This document shows positions 27,466-37,269 of a DNA stretch of 64,000 nucleotides, piece by piece. Position numbers and translations under genes: made by a program. The stretch lies in the NCBI GenBank assembly GCA_041665625.1, contig JBAYIK010000004.1:26503-90502 (forward strand), in the 5' to 3' direction. The notes beneath the pieces are model-generated. The model had not been told where the DNA came from, made no database searches, and worked only from the letters and a program-made list of their open reading frames with translations. Position 1 is the first letter of the stretch. The number at the start of each line of letters is the position of its first letter. The DNA comes from Minisyncoccota bacterium (GTDB taxonomy: Bacteria > Patescibacteriota > Minisyncoccia > Phycocordibacterales > XYD1-FULL-46-19).

Positions 27466-29628
27466 TTAGTTTCTAGGGCGATAAGGGCTAGAAGGTGGAT
27501 TAACTGGATTTGTTGAAGGCTTCAAACCTTTTTTGTTAGCCCATTCAGGATCTGCTTGCTTGATTGAGAGATTGATACGATGTTTCTCATCAATTTCTTT
27601 AATCACAACTGGAACGATATCCCCAATTTTTAGAGCATCAGCAACTTTATCAATTCTGAAGTTGGCAATTTCGGAGACGTGCACTAGTCCATCAGCATCC
27701 TTGCCAATTTGGACAAAAGCGCCGAAGTCCATGAGTCTAACAACTTCACCTTCAAAACGTTCTCCAACTTTATAAACATGGCAAATGCCCTCAATCATTT
27801 CTTTGGCGGCATTGGCTTGGTCAGTCTTGCCGGTGATGTAGACAGTGCCGTCATCTTCAATCTCTACGACAGCGCCAGTATCAGCGGTAATTTGTTGGAT
27901 CATCTTGCCGCCGGGGCCGATAACAGCACCAATCTTGTCGGTAGGGATCATTATTTTAAGAATCTTTGGAGCTGAAGCATTAATCTCGGCACGTGGAGCT
28001 GGGATGGCCGCGACCATAACAGCAATAATTTTTTCACGAGCGACACGAGCATTATCAATCGCTTTCTCGAGAATGGCGACCGGGATGCCACCCATTTTAA
28101 TATCTAATTGGATGCCAGTGATGCCAACAGTGGTGCCGGCTACCTTAAAGTCCATATCACCATAGTGGTCTTCGACGCCTTGGATGTCAGTAATAAGTTC
28201 ATACTTATCATCATTCTCATACATTAAGCCGATAGAGATACCGGCGACTGGTCTTTTGATTGGTACTCCCCCATCCATAAGAGCGAGGGTACTAGCGCAG
28301 ACCGAAGCTTGAGAGCTTGAACCATTAGAAGCTAAGACTTCAGAGACGAGACGAATGGTATAAGGAAATTCTTCACGAGAAGGGATAACTCCACGTAGAG
28401 ATTTCTCAGCAAGAGCTCCATGGCCAATTGAACGGCGAGAGGTATTGCCAACACGCCCAGTTTCACCAACCGAATATGGAGGGAAATTATAATGATGGAA
28501 GAAGTACTTCATGCTGTCTACCTCCATCCCTTCAACAATGAGTGAGTCACGTGGTCCGCCAAGAGTTAGGGTCGTTAAGACGTGAGTGGCACCGCGATAG
28601 AAGAGGCCGTTACCATGAACAACTTTAGAAAAACCACCAGCTTGAGCAAAGAGAGGGCGCACTTCATCAAGAGCCCGGCCATCGGTGCGACGTTTTTTCT
28701 CAATCGCCTCCATGTGAACAACTTCATCAATCTGTTTTTCAAAATAATTTAACCAAGCGCCAAGGTTAGCCTCGGGCATTTTCTCGGTGCGGAGTTTAAG
28801 CCAATCCTCTTTGAGACTGTCTGAAGATTTTTTGCCAGTTCCTTCAAACATAACCCCTTCAATTTTTGGAGCAATATTTTCTTTGAACAAAGATTCGGCC
28901 TCGGCGGGAATAGTGGGGATATTAAGAACGAGTTTTGGCTTGGCCATCTCAGCAATAATTTGCTTCTGCCAGATTTGGATTTTCTCAATTTCTTCCTGAG
29001 CCTTTCTTAGGGCTTCTTTAACTTTAGCCTCAACAATTTCATTGCCAGCGGATTCGATCATACTGATCTTACCTTCACCACCACAAACTAAGAGATCAAA
29101 AATTCCAGTTGTTCGTTCCGTGAAAGTTGGGTTGATAACTAGGTTTTCATTTCCCTCCATTTGCCCCAGGCGCACCGAACTAACGGGCCCACCCCAAGGA
29201 AGTTCTGATGTCGCGAGCGCCAGCGATGCGCCAATAACAGCTGGGACGTCGGCATCATTGTCTTCGTCCATGGCGAGTACAGTAATAATTACTTGAATTT
29301 CGTTGCGAATAGCACTATCAAAAAGAGGACGAATAGTGCGGTCAACAATACGCCCCGTGAGGACGGCCTCTTCACTAGGTCTACCCTCTCTTTTGATGTA
29401 ACGAGCTCCACCAATCTTGCCGGCGGCATAATAACGCTCTTCGTATTCAACGGTGAGCGGGAAATAATCGCTGTCCTCCTTCGTATTAGGAGACATAACG
29501 ACGGTGGCGAGCAACATGGTCTCACCATACTTCAAAATAACTGAGCCAGTGGCTTGGTCGGCAATGTCAGTAAACATGGCCGTTAACGTGCGACCTCCGA
29601 CTTCTAACGAATATTCTTTTTTAGTCAT
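27466..29628 (-). CDS. pnp: Polyribonucleotide nucleotidyltransferase
   Basis: FPLTV.YEE, HYNFPPYSVGE, SNGSSS.AS, GDMDFKVAGT, KH and S1 domains. Confidence 0.97.
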   Translation of the reverse strand: MTKKEYSLEVGGRTLTAMFTDIADQATGSVILKYGETMLLATVVMSPNTKEDSDYFPLTVEYEERYYAAGKIGGARYIKREGRPSEEAVLTGRIVDRTIRPLFDSAIRNEIQVIITVLAMDEDNDADVPAVIGASLALATSELPWGGPVSSVRLGQMEGNENLVINPTFTERTTGIFDLLVCGGEGKISMIESAGNEIVEAKVKEALRKAQEEIEKIQIWQKQIIAEMAKPKLVLNIPTIPAEAESLFKENIAPKIEGVMFEGTGKKSSDSLKEDWLKLRTEKMPEANLGAWLNYFEKQIDEVVHMEAIEKKRRTDGRALDEVRPLFAQAGGFSKVVHGNGLFYRGATHVLTTLTLGGPRDSLIVEGMEVDSMKYFFHHYNFPPYSVGETGRVGNTSRRSIGHGALAEKSLRGVIPSREEFPYTIRLVSEVLASNGSSSQASVCASTLALMDGGVPIKRPVAGISIGLMYENDDKYELITDIQGVEDHYGDMDFKVAGTTVGITGIQLDIKMGGIPVAILEKAIDNARVAREKIIAVMVAAIPAPRAEINASAPKILKIMIPTDKIGAVIGPGGKMIQQITADTGAVVEIEDDGTVYITGKTDQANAAKEMIEGICHVYKVGERFEGEVVRLMDFGAFVQIGKDADGLVHVSEIANFRIDKVADALKIGDIVPVVIKEIDEKHRINLSIKQADPEWANKKGLKPSTNPVNPPSSPYRPRN

Positions 29629-29730
29629 CTCTAAATTGGGAGTGTTAGCCAGATTTTAGATCTGGTTATTACCAAACCTACATATCCAGCCACCACTCAA
29701 CTTAAATTATTAATACCTAGACTTTACCAT

Positions 29731-29767
29731 AAAAAAACCCGGGCGACCACTTGTGGCGGTCGCCCGG
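29731..29767 (-). terminator. Rho-independent terminator
   Basis: CCGGGCGACC/GGTCGCCCGG stem followed by a U7 tract on the minus strand. Confidence 0.75.
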
Positions 29768-29793
29768 AAACGGGGGGTTTGGGCATTGGGTTT

Positions 29794-29997
29794 TCATCGT
29801 GGGAGAGGGCGTTCTTTTGCCCCTCCTTCTTGCCGCGAGGAAACGACGGGTTCCCCTTCTTGACCATCATGGCTCTGGGACTGAAGCCTGAATTTGAGAT
29901 CTTCCCGGCGGTCGAGCTCCCGATACTCATCCTTTAGTTTTCTCGCAAACCAAAGAACAACGAGTGCAAAAAGAATATATCCCAGCAGAATCTTCAT
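29794..29997 (-). CDS. Small single-TM accessory protein
   Basis: AGGAGG SD, perfect promoter upstream, terminator downstream. Confidence 0.65.
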   Translation of the reverse strand: MKILLGYILFALVVLWFARKLKDEYRELDRREDLKFRLQSQSHDGQEGEPVVSSRQEGGAKERPLPR

Positions 29998-30051
29998 GTT
30001 TTAGACCTCCTATTTTTCTCGCCCATGCGAGAAGCCTAATTTCTACTTCTA

Positions 30052-30080
30052 ATTATAACTAACTTTGTACATTTTGTCAA
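30052..30080 (-). promoter_or_regulatory. Consensus sigma70 promoter
   Basis: Minus strand TTGACA-17 nt-TATAAT. Confidence 0.8.
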
Positions 30081-30158
30081 AAGCAAAAGGCAGGGGTGGA
30101 ACTGGTCCACCTCTGCCTCGGGTTCGGTCACGAAATTACAAAGTTGTTTCCGCCGTCA

Positions 30159-31196
30159 TTATTTGGCGGCGGGAGCTGTTGGGGCCGGTGCGGGAGCAGG
30201 AGCCTCGGGTTTCGGAGCGAACTCCTCGGGGCTGAACTTTTCGAGGTCGATGACCTCTTTCGGGTGCACCTTCGCTTCTGCCTTCGCGCCCGCCCGGATG
30301 CCGTCTGGATGAAGCATCTGTGTAAGCTGGGAATTCCCCATCATCTGTTTCATGTCCTCTACGTTCGTCCCGTAGGGGTACATAATGAAACAATTGTTTG
30401 GACCTTGCGCCGCCGACGAGAGTGCCCGGATTTGCCACCAAACCAAGTATTCAGGGGAATCTTTCAGTTCCTCCTTCACGATGCGAATTCCGCCCGCGAC
30501 GCCCTCGGCTTTCTCTTTCTCCACAAGGGCCTGGGCTTTCTCCACTTCGACCTGGCCTTGAGCACGCTCGAGATCGGCTTTGACCTCGTTCTTGGCCGCC
30601 TGTTGAAGCAACTCGGTTGCGGCCAACTTTTCTTGGGCGGCGGTGATGCTTGCCGGCCAATCATAGTTGGAAATCTCCGAGTCGACAATTGCCAGGGGTG
30701 TTGCTGCCGAGGCTTCCATCAGTTGTTTCCTGACTTCCACCCCGAGCTTCATGCTGTTCGCGATGCAGGCGTTGATGTCCGGTTGGACCTCATAAACCTG
30801 ACGCGGAATGGCCTGGGCCTTCATCTTGATAAAGGTATCGTACATCTGTTTGACCGTAATCTTGTTCTCGGCATCAGCCAAAACAGATTCGAAAGCCTTC
30901 TGCATGGCCTGCTTGTCCTCGACATTGGCCCGCACACGGCAGGTGAAATCATATTTCAGATTCACCTTGCCGTTCACGAGGATATTGAGTGTCTCGTTGA
31001 ACGCTTGGTTGGTCGTTTCCAGCAGGTAGACTTTGTCCCGCGGATTGCTCCAGTGGTTGCCCACCGGCAGAATCTCGGTACCCCAGCCACTGGGCGTCCG
31101 CACGCGCCCGATATATCCGGGCGGTACTGTGACGGTGCAACCCGCCAGTATGAACACGGCCAACATCAGCATCAGAATCTTCGCGCTTGTTTTCAT
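30159..31196 (-). CDS. SPFH/band-7 (prohibitin-like) lipoprotein
   Basis: Start MKTSAKI... with SD; lipobox LAGC; V.VPPGY.G.V....G.....L..G; P.SI..A.E coiled coil. Confidence 0.75.
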   Translation of the reverse strand: MKTSAKILMLMLAVFILAGCTVTVPPGYIGRVRTPSGWGTEILPVGNHWSNPRDKVYLLETTNQAFNETLNILVNGKVNLKYDFTCRVRANVEDKQAMQKAFESVLADAENKITVKQMYDTFIKMKAQAIPRQVYEVQPDINACIANSMKLGVEVRKQLMEASAATPLAIVDSEISNYDWPASITAAQEKLAATELLQQAAKNEVKADLERAQGQVEVEKAQALVEKEKAEGVAGGIRIVKEELKDSPEYLVWWQIRALSSAAQGPNNCFIMYPYGTNVEDMKQMMGNSQLTQMLHPDGIRAGAKAEAKVHPKEVIDLEKFSPEEFAPKPEAPAPAPAPTAPAAK

Positions 31197-31278
31197 GATC
31201 TCTTTCCTCTCATTCCATCTTTGTTTTTGTGTACCTGCCGGCATCAACCGGTATGGCACGTCACGTTGCTTGTGCCGG

Positions 31279-31758
31279 CTACTTGGCCGGCGATGCAGGG
31301 CTCGCCGTTCCAGTCCGTTGCTGGATATCAGCGTCGTGCTTCTTCATCGCCTTGTCGAAGTCGCTGAGGGCGTCTTCGTGCTTCTCAGTGTCGAGCTTCT
31401 TGGCATCGGCAGCAGTCTGCTCCATCTCGGCCTTGGTCGGCAGTTGCGAGTTTTTCACTGCTTCCAGTTCCTTGATCTCGGCTGGCGACTGGTAGTGCGA
31501 AGTGCTCGTCGTGAATGACTGCTTCACGTTCCAGGCGACGTTCACCGCGGAAATGAAGCCGACGACAACGATCACTGAAATGATCGCCGGCCCGATAATA
31601 CTGGGCATCAGCTCCGTCTTTTCCGCGTCAATTGCCGTCTTGCACTTCTTGAGGAAGCTCCGCCAAATCTTGTATAGCCAGTAAGCCAGGAGGATGCCAA
31701 CAATTAGGGCCCCTCCATAGAAAATCCAGCCATACGGGTTCGTCCCCATCATGTTCAT
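31279..31758 (-). CDS. Two-TM membrane protein, partner of the SPFH gene
   Basis: AAGGAG SD before ATG 31758; two hydrophobic helices. Confidence 0.65.
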   Translation of the reverse strand: MNMMGTNPYGWIFYGGALIVGILLAYWLYKIWRSFLKKCKTAIDAEKTELMPSIIGPAIISVIVVVGFISAVNVAWNVKQSFTTSTSHYQSPAEIKELEAVKNSQLPTKAEMEQTAADAKKLDTEKHEDALSDFDKAMKKHDADIQQRTGTASPASPAK

Positions 31759-31903
31759 CCTGTTCTCCTTTTCTCTCTTTGGTTTCACACCTGTTTTGCG
31801 CAGCTCTCACTTGGCTGCATCTCTGAAAATACTAATAGAAAAAGCATCCTCAAAGATGCAGCCAAAACAACTAAGTAATTTTTAAGGAACTATTGCTGGT
31901 GCG

Positions 31904-31932
31904 ATGATAACATAAATCATATGGCCTGTCAA
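31904..31932 (-). promoter_or_regulatory. sigma70 promoter with downstream boxA-like motif (31881-31891)
   Basis: TTGACA-17 nt-TATCAT; AGTTCCTTAAA just downstream. Confidence 0.6.
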
Positions 31933-31971
31933 CATCAATCTTGCCAAAACAGAGATGTTGTGTCAATCACA

Positions 31972-32010
31972 AAAATAGCCCCAAGGCCATGAAGTCCTGG
32001 GGCTATTTTT
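31972..32010. terminator. Terminator hairpin downstream of NYN gene
   Basis: AAAATAGCCCCA...TGGGGCTATTTT. Confidence 0.7.
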
Positions 32011-32016
32011 TAAGAT

Positions 32017-32568
32017 TTATATATGAACCTTAGGAACTGGTTTGCGGGGAGATCCACCGGGCATATTGATGAGATACTTGCGAGGATTCTCAGAGAGATC
32101 TAAGAAGTCGTCCGCAATTTCACGCAATTTCCCGGAGGAACTTTTGCCGAAGGCAATGACTTCTACTTGAGCGCCCATATTTTCTTTAAGATATTCAACT
32201 AACGGGACAAAGTCTCCGTCGCCGGAGCCGATGATGACAGTGTCTAACTTAGGGGCAAGCTTGATGGCATCTACGGCCAAGCCCACATCCCAGTCAGCTT
32301 TCTTGGAGCCATCGACGAAGATTTGGAGATCCTTGGTTTTGACTTCAATACCAATTTTACCAAGGGCTTCAATAAAATTCTTCTCGTCCCCGGCTTCGGT
32401 TGTGACCATATAGGCCATTGCCCGGATAAGTTGGCGACCACCTAAAGCATCTTTTAATACTTGGCCGAAGTTAACGCGAGCGCCACCATAGAGATTCTTG
32501 GCACTATGATAGAGGTTTTGGGTGTCGATAAAAATGCCGACACGCTGGTTCTTATGTTTGATACTCAT
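32017..32568 (-). CDS. NYN domain (LabA/DUF88) protein
   Basis: FIDTQNLY, KKADWDV.LAVD, SGDGDF.PL. Confidence 0.9.
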   Translation of the reverse strand: MSIKHKNQRVGIFIDTQNLYHSAKNLYGGARVNFGQVLKDALGGRQLIRAMAYMVTTEAGDEKNFIEALGKIGIEVKTKDLQIFVDGSKKADWDVGLAVDAIKLAPKLDTVIIGSGDGDFVPLVEYLKENMGAQVEVIAFGKSSSGKLREIADDFLDLSENPRKYLINMPGGSPRKPVPKVHI

Positions 32569-32683
32569 AAAAAATTATTAATTAATGAAACTTATAAAAA
32601 TTGCTTACTCTAAGTAATCGAGTAAATAGAGAAAACTATCTTGATTTTAAACCAAGATCAATACAAAAGAAAGGAAGAAAAAA

Positions 32684-32932
32684 TTAAGCAGCCGCTTTGA
32701 GTTCAGCTTTACGCTTTTGGGCGTCAATATAGCGCTGATGAGAACGGCGATCAGAGACAAGTTTAAGTAGTCCACGACGAGAGTGGAAATCTTTTGGGTT
32801 TTTCTTAAGGTGGCTGGCGAGTTCCTCAATTCTTTCGGTAATCAAAGAAACTTGCACTTCGGCCGAGCCGGTGTCTTTGTCATGCTTCTGGACCTTTTTG
32901 ATAATGGTCTCTTTCTTTTTTGTTGAAATCAT
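32684..32932 (-). CDS. rpsO: 30S ribosomal protein S15
   Basis: HDKDTGSAEVQV.L.T.RI..L..HL..N.KDFHSRRGLLKLV. Confidence 0.95.
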   Translation of the reverse strand: MISTKKKETIIKKVQKHDKDTGSAEVQVSLITERIEELASHLKKNPKDFHSRRGLLKLVSDRRSHQRYIDAQKRKAELKAAA

Positions 32933-32970
32933 GGTGTCGTTAGTATAGCACACGCCCTAAAATAATGCAA

Positions 32971-33037
32971 CCCCCACACCAACTTTTGCATTATTGGGTT
33001 TTGCGCTTTTATCGCGATGTAAAAGTTGGTGTGGGGG
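32971..33037. repeat. Long inverted repeat upstream of rpsO
   Basis: CCCCCACACCAACTTTT ... AAAAGTTGGTGTGGGGG perfect arms. Confidence 0.75.
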
Positions 33038-33137
33038 CATGCCCCCTTGTGTTGAGCATAAGAAAGGGGCCCATACTGCTGTCACGTGGTCGTGGCTAGC
33101 GCGTAGGGCCCCAGGGGGAAGAGAAACGAGAACGGTG

Positions 33138-34190
33138 TTACCACCAGAAGCTGAATCGTGCCTCAATCTTGACCGGGCTTTCCATCCCCAGGTCTTGTTT
33201 TGATGAGGCGATGGTTTTCACCGCGTCGAGGGTCAAGGTTGTTGTCCTCTTCTGGTCGAGCCAGAAGCGGAGTCCGGCGGTGGCATTGACCTCGTAACCA
33301 GTCGCACTCTGCAGGGTGACCCGGTCTATTGAGATCTCGCCTTTGTCTGACACACTGAACTGTGTTTCCTCCCAGCTTTTGGCTTGGAGGCTCCACCAAT
33401 CTATCATCCCATGAATTTCAACTCGCGGGAGGGGTTCCCAGGCGGCGAGCGTATAGCCCCCGACCAAGTCACTCGTCCTGGAGTCGTTCATGGCGAAGTA
33501 GATAGCACTCCTTAGGTACAAGTTTTCTGCCAGCGCCGCGTTGGCGTCAATGGCAAAACGTTTGTAATCCTCGGAGCACTGGAGTGTGCCGGCAAGCCAA
33601 CTTTTGCCGAAGTTCTTCTGGAGTCGGGCTGAAACTTCCAACCCTCTCCAGTTCTCTTCGCTATCGAAGGGCACTACCGAGCGCCCACCGACGTCGGCCA
33701 TGATCAGCCAGCCGTCCTCGTCTTTTGACGAATACTCAACTTGTGCACCCCAGATGAAACTTCCCGTGGGGTCACAATTCGGGTACGAGACGGTCTCGTT
33801 CAATGCAGCGATGGGGGTGGTGAAACCTCCAGCGGCAAAGAATCTCCCGACTCGGAGCTTCCAGTTCTCATCGACTTTGTACCAGGCGTTGGCCAGCATC
33901 AAATAATTTTTGCTGGTTTCTTCCTGGAACTGGGCGAAGTTGATCAGGAGCTCTGTCCCCCACCGGCCGGACTTCCCGGTTAGGTTGGAGGAAAGACGGA
34001 AGTTTGTCAGCGAGAGGTCTCGCTGTCCGTCTGTTGAGTACCCATAGGCCTGGACCAGTCCGCGCAGCTTGAGCTTTGCGAACCCCAGGTCCATTGAGTG
34101 GACGAGGCCGGGTTCGTTCTCTTGCCCCATTGCGCTAGCCACAATTGCCAGCAGACAAAACACAAACGCCAAGATCATAGACTTCTTCAT
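33138..34190 (-). CDS. Putative beta-barrel porin (OprO/OprP-like)
   Basis: Signal peptide; KL.GLVQ, ...A..WY....W.LRVGRF; alternating amphipathic strands; aromatic C-terminus RFSFWW. Confidence 0.6.
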   Translation of the reverse strand: MKKSMILAFVFCLLAIVASAMGQENEPGLVHSMDLGFAKLKLRGLVQAYGYSTDGQRDLSLTNFRLSSNLTGKSGRWGTELLINFAQFQEETSKNYLMLANAWYKVDENWKLRVGRFFAAGGFTTPIAALNETVSYPNCDPTGSFIWGAQVEYSSKDEDGWLIMADVGGRSVVPFDSEENWRGLEVSARLQKNFGKSWLAGTLQCSEDYKRFAIDANAALAENLYLRSAIYFAMNDSRTSDLVGGYTLAAWEPLPRVEIHGMIDWWSLQAKSWEETQFSVSDKGEISIDRVTLQSATGYEVNATAGLRFWLDQKRTTTLTLDAVKTIASSKQDLGMESPVKIEARFSFWW

Positions 34191-34194
34191 GGTT

Positions 34195-35529
34195 CTATCC
34201 TTCCGTAACTGTTGCCAGTCCGGAAAGACAAAGCGTTGTGCTTGTCTGATTTTTCCGAACTAGCGCACTAATCGGCGGACCACGCGGTTTCACCGCGTTC
34301 CAGCTGAAACGCTGGAGCGGTTGCGTGATCTCTCGGAATTCTCCCTCTTCACTTTCCACATCCCCAGTCTCTTCGACCGGAGCCGTAAGGATTGCAAAGA
34401 CTTTGAACTCCTTATGAAGTGGCACCCACCTTGCGGTGCTTGCCACTTTTTCTTCGTCAGTTATCTTGTTGACGAGAGGAGCTTCGGCGACACAGGCGAC
34501 AATAGTGGGCTGCAGGGTGTCGGCGTTTCCTCTGATGTGGAACCCGAACAAAATCCCCATTACCCAAACCATGGCACAAACCGCGACCGATTGCTTCAAG
34601 ACTTGACCAGAGGCTAGGAAGGACTCCAATGCTTCATTGAAAGCAAGTAGCGGTTCTTCGACCTGACGCAGGATTGCTTGTCTCTCTGCTTCGTTCAACC
34701 TGTAGCCGAACTCTTTCCCTGACAAGTATTCTCGCTCCAATTTCTTGAAGCGGTAGGCCTTGCCAGTAGCGTTGTCCATGACGATGAACCCGATCGGGCC
34801 ACAGAGCGTGGCCTTGAGGAAGACCATTGGGCGGAGCATGAGCTCTTCCCTTAGTTTCTTCCCCGCGTACCTGATGTCCAAGAGAACAATCAGTAGAAAT
34901 GGCAAGGTCATTAACCAATACCACTTCATGCTTGTCCTGACTGCCCACCAGAATGCTCGGCCAAGGGAGCCATCGTCGTAGGCCTTACCTAGGGCCCCGT
35001 TTTCCCCGTCTCTTTCGGCGACGGCTTCACGGCACTCGTCTTCGAAGGCTTGCATCGCACAGATCTGTCTCGCTGTTTCGGTCCTTATTTCCCCTCGGAA
35101 ATCTGGGCCGGGTTGCCAACGTTCTATGTAGCTCTTTCTGATCAGGCTGTCCTTTCCCCAAACTGATTCATACGAGACCATGAAGCCCAGCTTGATCTTC
35201 AGCTGGTCGCTTCTCCAAGAAGCTTGAAGCATCTCTTTGACAGAGACACCCCCCTTCTCGATACCCTCCTGGATTCTTTGCTTGAGGACAAGGAACTCAT
35301 CTTCGGCTCTCTCTCGTTCGGGTGTTCCTTGGAGCAGGACGGGAGAATCCTCAAACTTGAGTTTCCCAATCCAGTCCCAGTTTCCGCCCAGCATGAGAGT
35401 TAGAACGATGAGCCCGGCGGAGATCAGCTTCTGCCCCCAGGGCATCTTACTGATCTTTGTTTCTAGCCGGCTCGGTTCGGTCGGTTGGTAGTTTCTACGT
35501 CGTCTGTACTCGAATTGTTCGTAGTACAT
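34195..35529 (-). CDS. Multi-TM hypothetical protein co-transcribed with the porin-like gene
   Basis: GGAGGTG SD before ATG 35529; several TM segments; 4 nt gap to next gene. Confidence 0.65.
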   Translation of the reverse strand: MYYEQFEYRRRRNYQPTEPSRLETKISKMPWGQKLISAGLIVLTLMLGGNWDWIGKLKFEDSPVLLQGTPERERAEDEFLVLKQRIQEGIEKGGVSVKEMLQASWRSDQLKIKLGFMVSYESVWGKDSLIRKSYIERWQPGPDFRGEIRTETARQICAMQAFEDECREAVAERDGENGALGKAYDDGSLGRAFWWAVRTSMKWYWLMTLPFLLIVLLDIRYAGKKLREELMLRPMVFLKATLCGPIGFIVMDNATGKAYRFKKLEREYLSGKEFGYRLNEAERQAILRQVEEPLLAFNEALESFLASGQVLKQSVAVCAMVWVMGILFGFHIRGNADTLQPTIVACVAEAPLVNKITDEEKVASTARWVPLHKEFKVFAILTAPVEETGDVESEEGEFREITQPLQRFSWNAVKPRGPPISALVRKNQTSTTLCLSGLATVTEG

Positions 35530-35697
35530 TTCTTTCACCTCCTTTCGTTACGAATTTTCTCGTTTTTCTTGTCAAAGACCGAATCTCAACCGACAGGGTT
35601 GAGTTTGTGTACTCTGCATTTCTGGCATAAATTATGTAGTTTGTCAATATCAGAAAATTAAACTCAAGGGTCGCCGGCGACAGGCGCGGGCGACCCT

Positions 35698-36030
35698 TTA
35701 TCTGGCAAGTTTCCCCCTTTTTCTTTTGCTTTTCTTCCTCTTGAAATCAAGGAGAACCTTGCCGGACTCAATTGCCTTCTCTGGAGTGTACGGTCCGAAG
35801 CGAAGTGGAGAAATTGTCTCCCGGAGAAGGACTCTCCCATTCCTACCGATATACTCGATGGAACGCTTTTCCCCGTTGCATGGCCAGACGATCCAGAGTG
35901 GCTCTCCCCACCACTTCCTTATCTCGCTGAGCCCTTCTTCCCAGTCGTGTCTGTTGTTGGGGATAATGACGATCAAGTCACCCTTGATAAGGGCTAGACA
36001 ATTAAAAAGATCAGGAACGTGGTCGTCCAT
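35698..36030 (-). CDS. Orphan hypothetical protein with basic tail
   Basis: GGAAAGGGG SD-like before ATG 36030; hairpin at 35666-35698 downstream. Confidence 0.5.
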   Translation of the reverse strand: MDDHVPDLFNCLALIKGDLIVIIPNNRHDWEEGLSEIRKWWGEPLWIVWPCNGEKRSIEYIGRNGRVLLRETISPLRFGPYTPEKAIESGKVLLDFKRKKSKRKRGKLAR

Positions 36031-36117
36031 GTCAATTGGCCCTTTCCTAGGGGTTGTGTTATTTGAAATTGAGAACTTTCTGGTTATTAACATGACATTT
36101 TTGCCTTGCTACGTCAA

Positions 36118-36143
36118 TAAAAAAGACCCGTGTCGTGGGTCTT
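36118..36143 (-). terminator. Rho-independent terminator ending the ribozyme-containing transcript
   Basis: Minus strand AAGACCCACGACACGGGTCTTTTTT. Confidence 0.7.
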
Positions 36144-36194
36144 ACGGCTCATTTATTATCCAGTCGAGCTTCTGGTTTCTGCCACAGCAGAGGG

Positions 36195-36605
36195 TTAGCG
36201 GAGGTCAAGGAGAAGCCACGCTTCAGCGATCATGTCTGGCTGGAATTCTTCGTGAATCCAGACAGCTTCCTCGCTGATGTGGCCGCCACCCATTCCTCCC
36301 GGGATGTGGTTTAGGTCTGTCGCCGGGTCGCAGTCGAATTCAGCGATCTGCTGGGTTATTGCACTCGGCGAGTAGATGTAGATGCTACTTCCCTCCCCCT
36401 CGTTGCAATCCCAGGCCACGTCATCGAGCTTGCGTGAGAGAGTGAGAATGCGGGCTCTCGGTCCGATCAGCGAGAGAGGAACGGTCAAGTAAATCTGACC
36501 ACCCCAATCACCTTCGAAGATGAGCCACCAATCAGTGAAGACGCTCTCTCGCGCCTGCTGGCAGAAACTGGTCAGCACAGCTTGCTCATGTGCGAGCGTC
36601 TTCAT
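36195..36605 (-). CDS. Orphan protein downstream of hammerhead 1
   Basis: 136-aa ORF, AAAGGG SD-like, begins ~30 nt after the ribozyme; motif EGDWGGQIYLTVP. Confidence 0.65.
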   Translation of the reverse strand: MKTLAHEQAVLTSFCQQARESVFTDWWLIFEGDWGGQIYLTVPLSLIGPRARILTLSRKLDDVAWDCNEGEGSSIYIYSPSAITQQIAEFDCDPATDLNHIPGGMGGGHISEEAVWIHEEFQPDMIAEAWLLLDLR

Positions 36606-36636
36606 AGCGAACCCTTTCGGTTAGTTAAAGATCAAT

Positions 36637-36687
36637 CCGTTTTCGCTCTTTTGAGCTCATCAGTCGAGACACACATCTCGAGAACGG
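36637..36687 (-). ncRNA. Type III hammerhead ribozyme HHR1 (predicted cleavage after C at 36682)
   Basis: CCGUU-C-UCGAGA-UGUGUG-UCUCGA-CUGAUGA-GCUC-AAAA-GAGC-GAAA-ACGG: complete core and three paired stems. Confidence 0.92.
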
Positions 36688-36742
36688 GGCCCAATTTGAT
36701 ATCTGGTTGGGCTTCCAGGTTATAACGCTTCGGGTTTCTCAT

Positions 36743-37168
36743 TCACTCCTTCCACCGGAAGGTGGGCCTATCACTAGGCAGTTCGTATTCGGGGTGCAAT
36801 TCCTGAAATTCTTGGAATTGATAGATATAACACCCCGGAGCCATCCCGGGAATGTCATCGGGTCCAAAAGACCCTTTCTGTTTCGCCCCGGTTGTGGAGA
36901 ACTGGAGAACGAGCTTGGCGTGATCTTCTTGGAGTTCGATGTCCAAGAATTTCTCCCAGTTGACGTGGGAACAGTCGCAGGGAACAACGACACAATTATA
37001 CGTGTGCAGCTCCCGGCAATATTCCTCGCCCAAATGGTTTCCCCATTGCTCTCTCCAATTGTCCATTAGCAACAAATGGGAGTGCCCAGCCAAGCAGATC
37101 TCCACCATCTCCACGCCGCCGTTTGAACACGCGCCACTTCTGTCCCACTGCACGACTTGGGCCTTCAT
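36743..37168 (-). CDS. Orphan Cys/His-containing protein (141 aa) in ribozyme unit B
   Basis: AAGGAG SD before ATG 37168; boxA-like motif upstream. Confidence 0.65.
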   Translation of the reverse strand: MKAQVVQWDRSGACSNGGVEMVEICLAGHSHLLLMDNWREQWGNHLGEEYCRELHTYNCVVVPCDCSHVNWEKFLDIELQEDHAKLVLQFSTTGAKQKGSFGPDDIPGMAPGCYIYQFQEFQELHPEYELPSDRPTFRWKE

Positions 37169-37269
37169 GATGTTTCTCCTTTTTTTTTGCGATATAAAGA
37201 ACAACTCCCCTGTGAAAGTACGACACATGTCGCGCTCTCAATAAGGGAGTCGATTTTTTTAGGATCGAC

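Noticed and set aside
30096-31367. 423-aa plus-strand ORF
   Set aside because: Antisense shadow of the SPFH gene in GC-rich DNA; no SD, promoter or motif.
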